A stretch of 64,000 bases of DNA. Origin: Phoronis australis (Eukaryota > Animalia > Phoronida). Each line of letters opens with the position of its first letter. Within the stretch, counting starts at the first letter, position 1. The notes beneath the pieces are model-generated. The model was given only the letters and a program-made list of their open reading frames with translations, did not search any database and was not told where the DNA came from. Below, in pieces: positions 1 through 12,100 of the stretch. Where the stretch lies: positions 1,252,542 through 1,316,541 of the forward strand of contig NMRA01000031.1 of NCBI GenBank assembly GCA_002633005.1, written 5' to 3'. Both the position numbers and the translations under genes were made by a program.

Positions 1-37
1 CAGTTATAATGAATTGAACGCTGACAAATTGACTTAC

Positions 38-130
38 CAAACACTGGTTCATTACTACAGCCCTTGAGACGGACACCTTTAGGAGTTGGCTCAATCAAGA
101 AATGACGAACTAGTTCAGCTGACAAGTCAC
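38..130 (-). CDS. TNS: Tensin exon, SH2 domain ([30 protein letters not shown])
   Basis: tttcag acceptor, GTAAGT donor, phase 1-1, hallmark tensin SH2 sequence. Confidence 0.95.
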
Positions 131-3100
131 CTGAAATAATTACATAATGTGCATTGTAATTCTTTGTATGAATGCACAGGACATAAACATAAATTAAGTT
201 ACTTGAAAATCAGTAGGTGGGTGTTGAACCAGGTTTAACAGAACGCAGGAATTTAAAAAGGCAATATTTGGAAATTGAGGAATAGGTTATTAATATAGAA
301 AACAGTGGATGATAACCTCAAAAGTAACAACATTATGTAGAGAAAAATACAACAAATTATGAGAGATTGAATAAAAACTTTTTCCTCCAATGTATTTTGT
401 TGACTTTTGAAAAGAACAGAATTTGCCAAATTTCGGAAAAATGTTGTATATCCACGCAATTTGTCCAAACAAACATTGACCATTTTACGATTCATCTTGC
501 CCACGACAATATTTACAGAAAGGGGGAGACATGACATTTGCAGTGGATTGTGAACAGTTGTTCATTCCAAGCTGACAGAAGCCTTGGAATGAACAATAAG
601 GGGTGTGAATGTCAGACACCCCACAAATTCCAACTCAGGCAGGCGGATACATCAGAATTTACTGTGTGTAAAAAGGTCAATGCATAAGGGCAATAATCCA
701 TGAAATGTGAGTACTCAGCATATATCCAATAATCCGTCATCCCAGCCAAGAATATGGGGCTCTAAAAGGGTACAAGCACTAACGACAGTGGAGATACCTA
801 CCTCCTTTACTTTGCACATTGGGCGGTAGCTGGGCCACTTTCACGGCCAATCCAAAAGCACCAGGGAATGAGCTACTGTCGCGCACAATGAAAGTGCCTG
901 GTGCCTTGTCTTTCAACATGTTAATGGCTGTAACAACAACATGGCTGACATGACTGACAAAAGTCTCAAATGTGTCACTACTTTGATTGCAGTCCCCTTC
1001 AATGGTCACATTAGATACTGGACATATGAGTTTACTTATGAAGAAACCCTTTTATCCTAAATCAAAGGAACAAACAGAGTGGTAGTTTGATAATGTAAAT
1101 TTTTGCTCTTCAAGATGGCAGCACAAACAGCAGTTTACATTATAATGAAAACCGAACACAAGTAGTTCTTGTTTATTCCAGTTGTGTTCACACAGTCACT
1201 TTGACCCATAAGTTGATCTGGAACATCCACCACTGACTCTCAAAGTGCAGCAAACTGATTTCAAGTTGTACAGCACAGCAGTGTCAATATGATCAGAAAA
1301 AAACTTGTGTTTACACCAACTAGAACTTGCACTAGAACAACTTGCATCTGATATAGTTTCTTAACAGCAGCTGGTGTCAACGAATTCAGACCCCTCCTTT
1401 TAAAATCTCAATACACCAACAGTAGAACTTATTCACTTGTCCACCATATTGCACCCTAAACTGGTGAGATTTTACTGTGACTAACTGAATGCATGCATTA
1501 GGAGACTACTAGCGCCACCTGGTGTATCTCATATCACTCATTAGTGAAATGTGAACAAGGTACAAAATGTGGTTGGAAACTTACTGTCGTCTCTGGAGAT
1601 GTTAGGCTTGTACCAATACTTAGAGTTATCCTTGACAAACTTGGGTGTATGATGAAGTGTCTCCATACCATCTGCAACAACACCAAGAGTGAATTTGAGT
1701 ATCTGTAAATATCCTTTATTCTAGAATCCATAGATACCTAACTACCTGAAACACAAGGCATTCTGTTCTTGTACACTTCACAGGGGTATGTGCATGCATG
1801 CATGTGTCACAAAACAAGAACAACTTTTTCAAATTGTTTTCTTCCACTGGTTGTGAATTTCTCACAAAAAGATCACAGACTTGTCACATTCCATTAGAAC
1901 TAATACTTATATCACCGACAAAACAACTTAACAAAATTTTTAATTAGAAACACCTGGACGGATATCGGGCTTGATGAGAAGCCCCCCCCCACTTACAGTC
2001 CCTACTTACATATGTACCCACAAAAGCAGACTCGCAGGTGAAAACTTACCTGACGCACCAGTAAGACTTACCTGAAGAGGAGAAGCTACCATGCCTCATC
2101 GTTCCCCACACAGGTGACGTCTGACCGTGCATCATCGGAGGACTGGACAACATGCCAGGACTGAAATAACGAGACATACAGTGAAATATAGTCATAAGAT
2201 TAACAGCACAAGTCAAGCAGACGACACTGGATAGCAGACGTCTATGAATTTAGCCAAATACCTACAAAATGAAAGATTTTAACTCAGTAGAAGTATATAT
2301 TTTCTGAAAGTATAAAGCCTGCAAAATTTGATTCTTGGCATTTTACCAATCTACCACTAACTGGGTAACATGACCATGTTTGTTTAGTAAAATTTAGCAA
2401 AAAAAGATATATTGTTCATAGCAAAACAATGATATCAATAACATGATCAAACTTTATTTGCTATAAATGTTCAAGATGAGATCTCGAAAACACTTATTCT
2501 AAAATATCATTTCCTTCATTTTATACAACAATTTTTATGAAATTCATTAAAGTCCCAATTTTGGATAGCACCTCACCCAAAAGTGGAACATTTTAANTCG
2601 ATAGAAATAGATGTGAGGACCAGTGTATGTCTCAATCCATGTTTTCTCATGGTGACCTAAAAACATGCCAGCTAGTATGGGAGCCAAAGGTGAACCCATT
2701 GCTATACCATCAATTTGGTTAAAAACCTCCCCATTAAATACAAAATGACACCGAAACATGTCAAGTTTTAAATCCGTTGTTGTTTTCGTGAACATATGCT
2801 GTTACTTGCTATCATGGAGAAATTCATTAAAGTCCCAATTTTGGATAGCACCTCACCCAAAAGTGGAACATTTTAAAAACAATTCCTAATATAGTTTTTG
2901 TGAACATTGCTTACAGCACAGAATCTGAAAATTTGGTATAAATCCAATCAGCCATTTCTGAGACATGATGTTGCGAAGTTTGCCAAGTTTGGAATTTTTC
3001 TAGGGTCTAACACGAACACATCAGCGCAAGTACTCGTATAGTTGGTTATTCACAATATGCGACAACGTCTTTCCAGATATTATTGAGCTTTTCAAGTGAT

Positions 3101-6100
3101 CCATAAAACTCATACAAACACAACCATGAGCAGAGATTTATCGGAAGATTTCAGTCAAATTTTGACTTCCCATCAGCAACTAACTGTAGAATACATATTA
3201 GAAACTGACATAAGGTGAAAATTACGACGTGCTGAAGACATAAGTCATCCTCATCCACTGGATGAATGATAAATCTCGACAAAGAAAAAGGAACTGCCGT
3301 GCAAACACCGTAAATACAAACAAGAGAGACTGCTCCTTCAATACCTGCTAGCAGACGATGGACTGGGCTGCATTCCACCTGCGGTCATGTGACCTGTGTC
3401 CACATGAAGCATGTTGGTCTGGTGTCCACCATGGCCACCCATGGTTCCATTCTGTCGGTCCATCTGCTGGCCTTGGTATTGTCTGCTGCTAGTGTGGTGT
3501 TCCTGGTGCATTTGTTGGAAATGGACTGGCTGCTGGTGTTGCTGCTGCTGCTGTTGTTGGTAGCTGTATTGGTGTTGCTGTGTGAACTGTTGTGGCTGCT
3601 GATGCATCTCACTCTGAACAAACTGCGGCTGTTGTTGATACCCACTGCTGGTCTGGAGAGTGTTGAACTGCGGCTGTTGTTGAAACCCGCTGCTACTTTG
3701 AAGAGTGTTGAACTGTGGCTTTTGTTGATAGCTACTATTCGTCTGCATGGTATTGAACTGCTGATGTTCACTATCAGGGACAGGAAACAACAGATAAACC
3801 GAAGCCACCTACGGGCCTGAGGCTTCACAACAAGAGTTTGGATCACTATAAGAAGACTACATTATTCTTCAAACAAAAACAAGACAAGTTGAGTACATAA
3901 TAGCTAAAAAATGTGACTCGGTTCCAACTCATATTAATTACCATGCATATACAATGTGACTTTTGCTTACTAACCAAATTTCTGAGCTAAGCAGAATCAG
4001 TTCTACGAAAAATATAGATGAGGAATGGTAGCCTTTTTTTATCATTTGTTTAGCAAACAATATTCTCAATTCCGCAAGCGGTGTGATATCTCAATCATAT
4101 TCTCATTTTTGTTCTTTCTTCGCTGTTATTTTTGCCTGGCTGCCATCTATGTTTTCACAATAGGATTGCCAAAGCTGGATAAACTACTATGAAATTCATG
4201 AACCTTTCTGAAAATTACTGTTTTGAACAAGAAATAACCACTTCAAGTGGGACAGACAACTTACATTTTACTATGCTGCTGTTGCTGTAGCTGCTGCTGT
4301 TGTTGCAATTGCTGCTGCTGTTGCAGCTGCTGTTGTTGCAGCTGCTGCTGCTGCAGTGCAGGGTTGAAGCCCTGTAGTCCTTCCGGTTGTCCGTCCTGGT
4401 ACTGAAACTGTTCAACTCTGCGTACCTCCGACTTGGTCACCACCTGACCATCTCCTGCAGGGAGAACACATGACCACTTGATGAGGGTCACAACATTCCC
4501 ACCTACAGGTGTGGTACACTACTTATTGGGTATACCGGGATGGGCTCCTGAAGGGGGGGGGCACCTTATCAATGAAAACCATCAGCTGAAGTCCATTCCT
4601 TGCTTAATAAAAGCCCAATGGTAAGTTTGAAATTTCATACGAACTCTTAACGAAAGAAATGAGGGATCAGCTGATGAGAAATTTGAGATAAGGTAAATGT
4701 TTTCCTGTGGCATGCTCCCTGTAAACTGGAGTCAGGTTCTGCTCTCCTGGTAACCATGGCCACAGTCATACTCGACTAGCCCCAGTTATGAAGCTTTGTA
4801 CCAGTCCAGCCATGCCAATTACAAACTGCTGATGGCTTCAAATATACACAAAGGTCCAGCAAAGCATTTGACGGGAAACCACATTCTAAGCAAAGTACAC
4901 AACGTTTAAATGAATGATCCAAGTTAGTAAGTACCAAACCAAACAAGGAAATCTAGGCAGCAAAATAGCTATAATGACAAAGGAAGGGTTTAAAATGAAC
5001 AGTGACAGAAACATAGGCACTTGGTCCAAACTGTGCATCATGCTTTATGCATTCAAAACAAAATTCTCAAACTTCAAAGCTGGCATGGCGAGATTTTTAA
5101 GTATATTTGGCCACGGTGCTTTTAGTCGAAATATGAAACAACCAACCAAAACTCTTATGTTTTACGTATTTGGGGTAACCAGTAGTCATTACATGCAAGC
5201 TTCACGACTAACTGAAAACCTGACCCACAAAAAAATCCACCACACCACACAGACTGAAGTGACCTGTATCAGTAGGGCACAGAGTCAAGTCAACAGGGCT
5301 CATACCCCCTTAAAATAGAAATCTAACCATATGTCAAAATTGTCATTTTTGATAACAGATCTGTACATCTTCACACAAAATAGATTTTCTTGACGGTGTG
5401 ATAGATAATCAAACTTAAACTGACATAATCAGGATTCAGTATATCCTAAAGCTTGGGAAATGACCAATACACTGGAAAATATTGCGCGAGCACAAACACA
5501 GCATGAGGCACAGCCATGCGACTAAGGCACATACAGTGAGCGGATCAGTGAAGATAACGATAAATGCAAGCTACCTTGAGTAGTCCAGCTAGTGTTGTGA
5601 CCCGTCACACTACCGCCGTGAGAGTTAGTTTGGGCTGCGGTGTAACCAGGGCTACTGCTAGCATTCACACCAAAGTTCATCTCGTCCATCTTATACTTCT
5701 GCAATGCGGTTGGTCTTTCCAGAGTGGCTGTTGCAGACCCGTGTCTCACTTGAGTGCCTGTGTTGAATGTATTGTGCCTGCTCGCACTGGATTGATTGGT
5801 CAGTTCATAACTTGTCACCTGTGCACTACTGGACTGTCCGTACGCCTTGTTACCATGACTAAATGTATTGAACCCAGCTGTACCCTGTGAAGCGTTTGAC
5901 TGACCGCTTAGGTCATGACTTGTTTGCTGTCCACTAGCGGACTGCCCATAGACCTGATGACCACGGTTGTATGTGTTAAGGCCAGCTCCACCCTGTGACA
6001 TAGCAGACTGACCACTCCGCTCATAACTTGTCTGTTGTGCAGTGGTGGACTGCCCGTATGTTTGGTTGGCATGGCTGAATGTATTAAATCCAGATGTAGC

Positions 6101-9100
6101 CAAGGACATATCACTGGCCACACTAAGTTGAGATGGACTATGCCGGCCAGTCGTGAACTGTCCTTGTCCAGAGTGTCCAGAGTGACCAGAGGAGTGGCTA
6201 GACTGACCAGACATCATGGTCATGGTGTTGGCACCAGAGTTTGTCACATAATCCATACGAGGAGTTGTGTGCAACGCTTGTTGATAAGATGCCCCTGTCG
6301 GAATCACCGGAGGCTTGGCTGCCTGTCCGTTCTGGTGCAGGGAGGCCTGCACAGTGGTGCTGTTCATGCTATGCGTGAACTGTGATTGGCTGTCCGTGTT
6401 GGCCAGGCCTGTTGTGAACACTGAATCGGCGTGAGAACCAATGGAAGAAGCGTTACTGTTTAGTCTACCTCGCCAGCTGCCAGCTAAGTAAGCAGAAAAC
6501 AAGACATGCTAGGCACAAGCAGCACCAGTCACCGGGTGAGGACAACATTGGGACTACCTCAGCCAAAGATGAGACATCTACAGGGACACAAGATGTGTGT
6601 CATTCGGCAACAGGAATGTGTCTTTTTGGAAACAGAGACATGTCACTGATAGTAGGGACTTGTCACCAAATAACAGGGACCTGTTAAATGATATGATTGA
6701 CATAGCACCCGATAATGGGGACATATCATTCGATGTTATGGACAATCCACATTTTATCAATATCAAGGACACATCCCGTGATATCACAGTTATGTAATAT
6801 GACAACACGGACATGTCCCTTCATGTCAGGGATGTGCATTCTTACAATACAGACATGTCATCCAGAATCAGGGACATGTCTCTGATATCAGGAATGAGTG
6901 GGGGCTCTTCCACCTGTCCAGTTGTCATGGCATTTAATGCAAAGCAACAACACATTCATCAACTATTTTGCATAAATAACATTAACAACAAAAACATGTA
7001 ATATTACAACACTAGCAACAGAGACTCCACAGTAACTCAGAACTATGTGAAAATAGTCTTCAACCCACGCCAGACAACATGACTATCATTTTTGTCATTC
7101 TAAATAATGATACCTCTGATAAGCTCTATCTATACTTTCTGATGTTTTGTTGATGACTTTGTAAACACTATTATCAAGAAATCCTACAGGGCTATAAAGA
7201 GACCAGTTTCACAAAAAAAACAGGATCTGTTCCTTAATGCCACAACTAAGAGGGGACAGCTTCAACTAATAACATCAAGCAGACAGTACAGGGGTGTCAC
7301 AAAACAGACGACAAACATCAACAAAAATGGGAAAGGGATAGGTTACCAAGACGAAAAGATCAACATTTGTGCTTATCATTGAACACCAGTTTGGGATTTC
7401 GAACCTCATGTTGTATGAGGGAGTTGAACACTTAGAACATATGCTGACACAAAATTAAAAACTATACGATTACTAAAATAGTCATATGTGCCATTTCATG
7501 GGCACCTTGTCTAATTAAGTATAACGAAACAAGGCCACAAAAAGAAAGAAAATCAAAATCTTTAAGTTTCAATAGTGGTAATTAGGGAATGGTGCCTAGT
7601 GAGGCCAGGGTAATAAGCACACCTGATAAGACAAGGTCATAGTTTCTAGCTGACCAGTTGGCGGCAGAGAACATGAAGAAAAATCTGATGTGAAGTTACG
7701 CTACAGTATGTCTGGCAACAAAATTCAGCATCATAAAACGAATGATGGCAGTTTGGCATATAGAGCTCTAGAAATGTTTTGATCTAAAAGTAATACGACA
7801 ATCAGTCAAGATTTAGGTTGATCAAAATGTGGTTACATACCTTGGTTGATATATGGAGTCACGGGGCTGACAGGGAAAGGGGGTGTGGCTGTAAGAAAGG
7901 ACTGATTGACAGGTGACATAATAACACACAAAACTGTAGACAGGCAAATGAATATAACTTAAATAGAAATCAAACAATCAAAACAGAAAACGCTTCTAAC
8001 TAATGTCAACAAACTTCAGTGTTGGGCAACAGTGTTGGAGAAGTGAAAAACGGACACCACGTCACTGTCCCTAATAGACAATAAGGTAATCACAGGTAAT
8101 TACAGGTAAAACAGATCTATTTCTACAGGAATCTTCTCACAGGACCCTCACTCACCTGAGGGGAAAGGTGCCTGTACCTTATCAAAAGGGAATTTTCGCG
8201 GCGTTTTTTACTAAGAGGGGAATTTTTGCATTGTTTTTTACTTAGAGGGTAATTTTTGATGTTTATTTACTGCAATGCTTTTTATTATTTTATGCTTTCA
8301 CAAATAAGCAAGTATCAACAACAATAACAACATGTGATGTATTACCATTGTCACACTGCTCAGCTTATGAAGCCAACGCCAAGACGATGGTTCGTTTTTG
8401 CACAAGCACAGAACAATGGAGTAGTTCAAAAACATCCATCGGAGGAAAAAACTTCCGAAAGTACCTACTGAATACGTCACCATCTACCAACACCAAAAAG
8501 TGAGTGAAGCAATGTTTGTAAGGTTTTCAGCTTAACAATGTTTTTTCTCAAAACAGTGTATAGTGTCAAACATCCTCAAACTTAGCCATTCAGTCCTTCA
8601 TCCACCTCAGTGAATAGACAAGAAGAGCACTGCTTAACTGTTCTTAGCTGACAGTGACAGTGTTGTTGTCCGCAGTGTCAGTGAATAATCCTGATGAGCA
8701 AGCTGCTCAAATGTGCTCCATTTTTGACTGCTTCTAAGAGGAGTGCACAGGAAGTTCATCAATGAAGACACTTTCCTGTGTTTTTAAGCTGCAAAGCATG
8801 GCTTTGTACCATTCTCCTCTTGTAAAACGCGTTTGTGTGCCATTTTGAGCCGCAAGCAAATGGAAGTCTTCTTTACGTTTTGTGTTTTCAATACGCGAGT
8901 GTGAAGTAACACAAAGCTGGTTCTAGCACTCCCGCATCGGACACTTGCTTTATAAGGAAACCAGTTAGTGACGGATCTGGTATCTGGCGGACTCGTGACT
9001 AAAGTCAGTGGGTTTGAACACCATATTTTTGCAGTTGCTCGAGACATGAGGGTTAATTCCTGAACATTCAGGGGGAATTTCTGACCCGACGAGGGGAATT

Positions 9101-12100
9101 TTGCATGATTTCTAAATATTTTTGAAAGGGGAATGGTACAGATATTCGGTCCCAATTTTGTGGTACCGAGGGTCCTGTCTCACTGACTACCCATGCCTTA
9201 ATAAGTAAATCTCCCAGCGGCGTGATATACGTATCAGAAGGTGATATACAAGTATATTAGAGGTACGTAACCTATACGTACCTCCAGCAGGTGAGATTGG
9301 GAAGGATGGCGTGGCAGATCTACTAGGTGGTCTCTCTGGCTCTAGCTGGGCTATCCCCACTGGCTGCAGGCTGATCTTTTCTTCGTCCACGCGTGGCGGT
9401 GGCGCCTCCTGGAACACGAACACGAACTATTAGAGGGCTCCTGCCCATGAACAGACCAGCATGCATCAGTGTGTGAAACACGACTGATAGTCTCTCCATG
9501 TTAGCAACTTCAGTTCAACAACATCCTGTCAACTGAGTCCACCAGCACTCTCACGTTACTCACCCACCATTGAAAATGTCAGCATTTGTTACAGGAACAT
9601 GACATAAGCTGTTTTGCTTCATGCAATACACAGAGAACATCCAGCACTTCTTGGAGCTGAATCTATCTATAGAGACATAAACTATACAGGACACAATCTT
9701 TTTATGAACCCGATTTAACCACACCTAACAAATGACGTCAACTTTCCTACTCAACCACTGGTAGACAGATGCTATGACGAGATAACCCCAAATCTCTCAA
9801 CCTTACTGAAACATCTGACAAAAACTGCTTTACCGCTGTTTGTTTAACACCCCCTAGAGGGATACAAAAACACCGAATAAACAATCCACATTTAACATCT
9901 TCCTGAGACAAGGAAGACAGATTTTGCTGCATGACTCTAAAGATTCAGCAGGACCAGCAACTTACCAGGTGATCAGAAGTTGAACTAACAGTAACCAGGC
10001 AACACAGAGCTGAGCTAAGACTTGCATTCTTAAGCTGATGCAGTTATACACACAAGTCATCCATCATCTGCTTTTCTTAGTTTAGACACATCTGTTTACA
10101 TCAATAATACCAACTAATGTTAACATGCAGTTTCACCAGTCAGACCAATTGACAACACCTGCTTAAAGTTCAGTAGGTAAATTGCGGATTTATCTCGCTC
10201 TTCTTGGACGAAAAGGGCAAAACTAATAACCTTTTCAAATTGACAGCCTCAGTTCAATAATTCGCAGCAGATGGGATGAGATAAAGTGATAGACACACAA
10301 TTTGTACAGGAAGAAGTTCTAAAGGAAGTCTTGACTGTTTGAGTCTTGTAATCACTTAAGTCTAATAGTCCATTAACATAACACTTAATTACAGTGGAAG
10401 TGGTTTCGAGAGGAAGTTATTGCAGAGTAAGTGTCAGAGTAGAGAGGAGACACCATCAGCACAAGTTGACACCAATCTACCACATCAGGAGCTTGCTTCA
10501 CAAAATGTTGTAACTTAACACAGAGTCTAAACGAAGACGTACACCAAAATTTCCAACAGGTTGTAAATCTCTGTTCAGGTGTAAAAGCGTAGTATCATTA
10601 CAACATTCTAGAAAAGCAGGCCCATGAGATTGAACAGTTACTTTGCGTAAACCTCATCAGGACATAAGTCACCATGTAAACACCACAATTTACTGCAACA
10701 AAGTGAAAACAACTAGCACCTTATTTCAGAGCAAGTCTCTTACCAAACAAATGCCGTTTTGCATTTCACAAGCAACATTGTACTTCAATTCAAAACCTGG
10801 CTTCACAACTTTAAAGTTCACAAATGAATAATACATCCATCGCAAATTTTTCAGAAAATAGGTTCATTATTTCGAGTCTAAATAATAAACTTCCATAAGT
10901 AGCGTTGCATTACTATATAACTCCACTTCTTAGCAACAAACGCCATCTGATGGAGTGGAGCCAAAAGACATCTTTACTTAAGTGTGTATTGTACCTTTCA
11001 GGTAAATGTCAGACATTAAAACTGATACTCAAAAATTAGCGAGTACGTATCAAGCCAAGTACAACACAGCTCGCATGATCAGGAGTGTCACATTTCGAAA
11101 AAAAAAAGAAGTGCCGACAATAAGCTATAAGTGGGTGCTAACCCAAATGAATGAAATAATTGGGAAATGTAGAATTTAGCAAAACAAATATGCTGTCACA
11201 TATACCACAGGTTCCCTTCAACCAATGAATTCACACACAGGATGGCTACGCCAACTCTTTCCATCATTCTGTATTCCAGCCAGGTTAGTCTGGCTGATGT
11301 AAGATGTACCTAGGATAGCTGCACCAACGTGGTGTCCATCACTGTATGTAGTATAGCCAGGTACTTACCAGTTTAGTCTGGGTGATGTAAGAAGTTTGCG
11401 ATGACGTCTGCTGACTGTTGCCAACTGATGCTTGCTGCAATCGCTGCTCCAAATCCTCCAGTTTCTTGGTAAAATCTGCAAGACATGGCGGGTTACCCTG
11501 TGTCAGCATCAGTATTAAGTATGTACACACAAACATTACTTAACTTTATGAGCCATAAAAGGCCAGGTTTTGGTAGAGATCAGAAAGACAGCACAGATCA
11601 TGACCTTTCTGTAACATGTCTAAAGTGACTACTAACTCGTCACCATCAAAGCACGTGATAATTCGCAATACAAAAGAATGATTTATATTTTACAGCATTC
11701 TATAAGTAAATGGAAAGTGAAAGTTTAAGTTATACTACTTGTTAATATAAATGACGAAACGGAAAATGAAACTATGTCTTCAGTTCTAAGCAGGAAGCAA
11801 TAAATATCCACCAGCATTGTTGTGAATATTTCAGTTAAGTAATTAAATAATCGAGAATTAGTAGACGCAGTCATTTGCTTAGTAACTTGTTAAAACTGTC
11901 ATAATTTCGGACACGGAACAATTATTTTCTTCAAAATGAGGTCTCTACGTATTCTATAACATTTATTTATAGGTTAAACAAAATAGTAGTGATTTCAGAT
12001 ACCAAGGAATTGTTTGTCTCAAAATTAACAAGCTTATAACCAATCTGAAAAGGAGGTAGAATTTCTTTTAATCACCAAACTGAATTCATAATTAATATTT

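Noticed and set aside
3389-6385. Plus-strand ORFs including the Leu-rich 143-aa ORF
   Set aside because: Antisense shadows of Q-rich tensin exons
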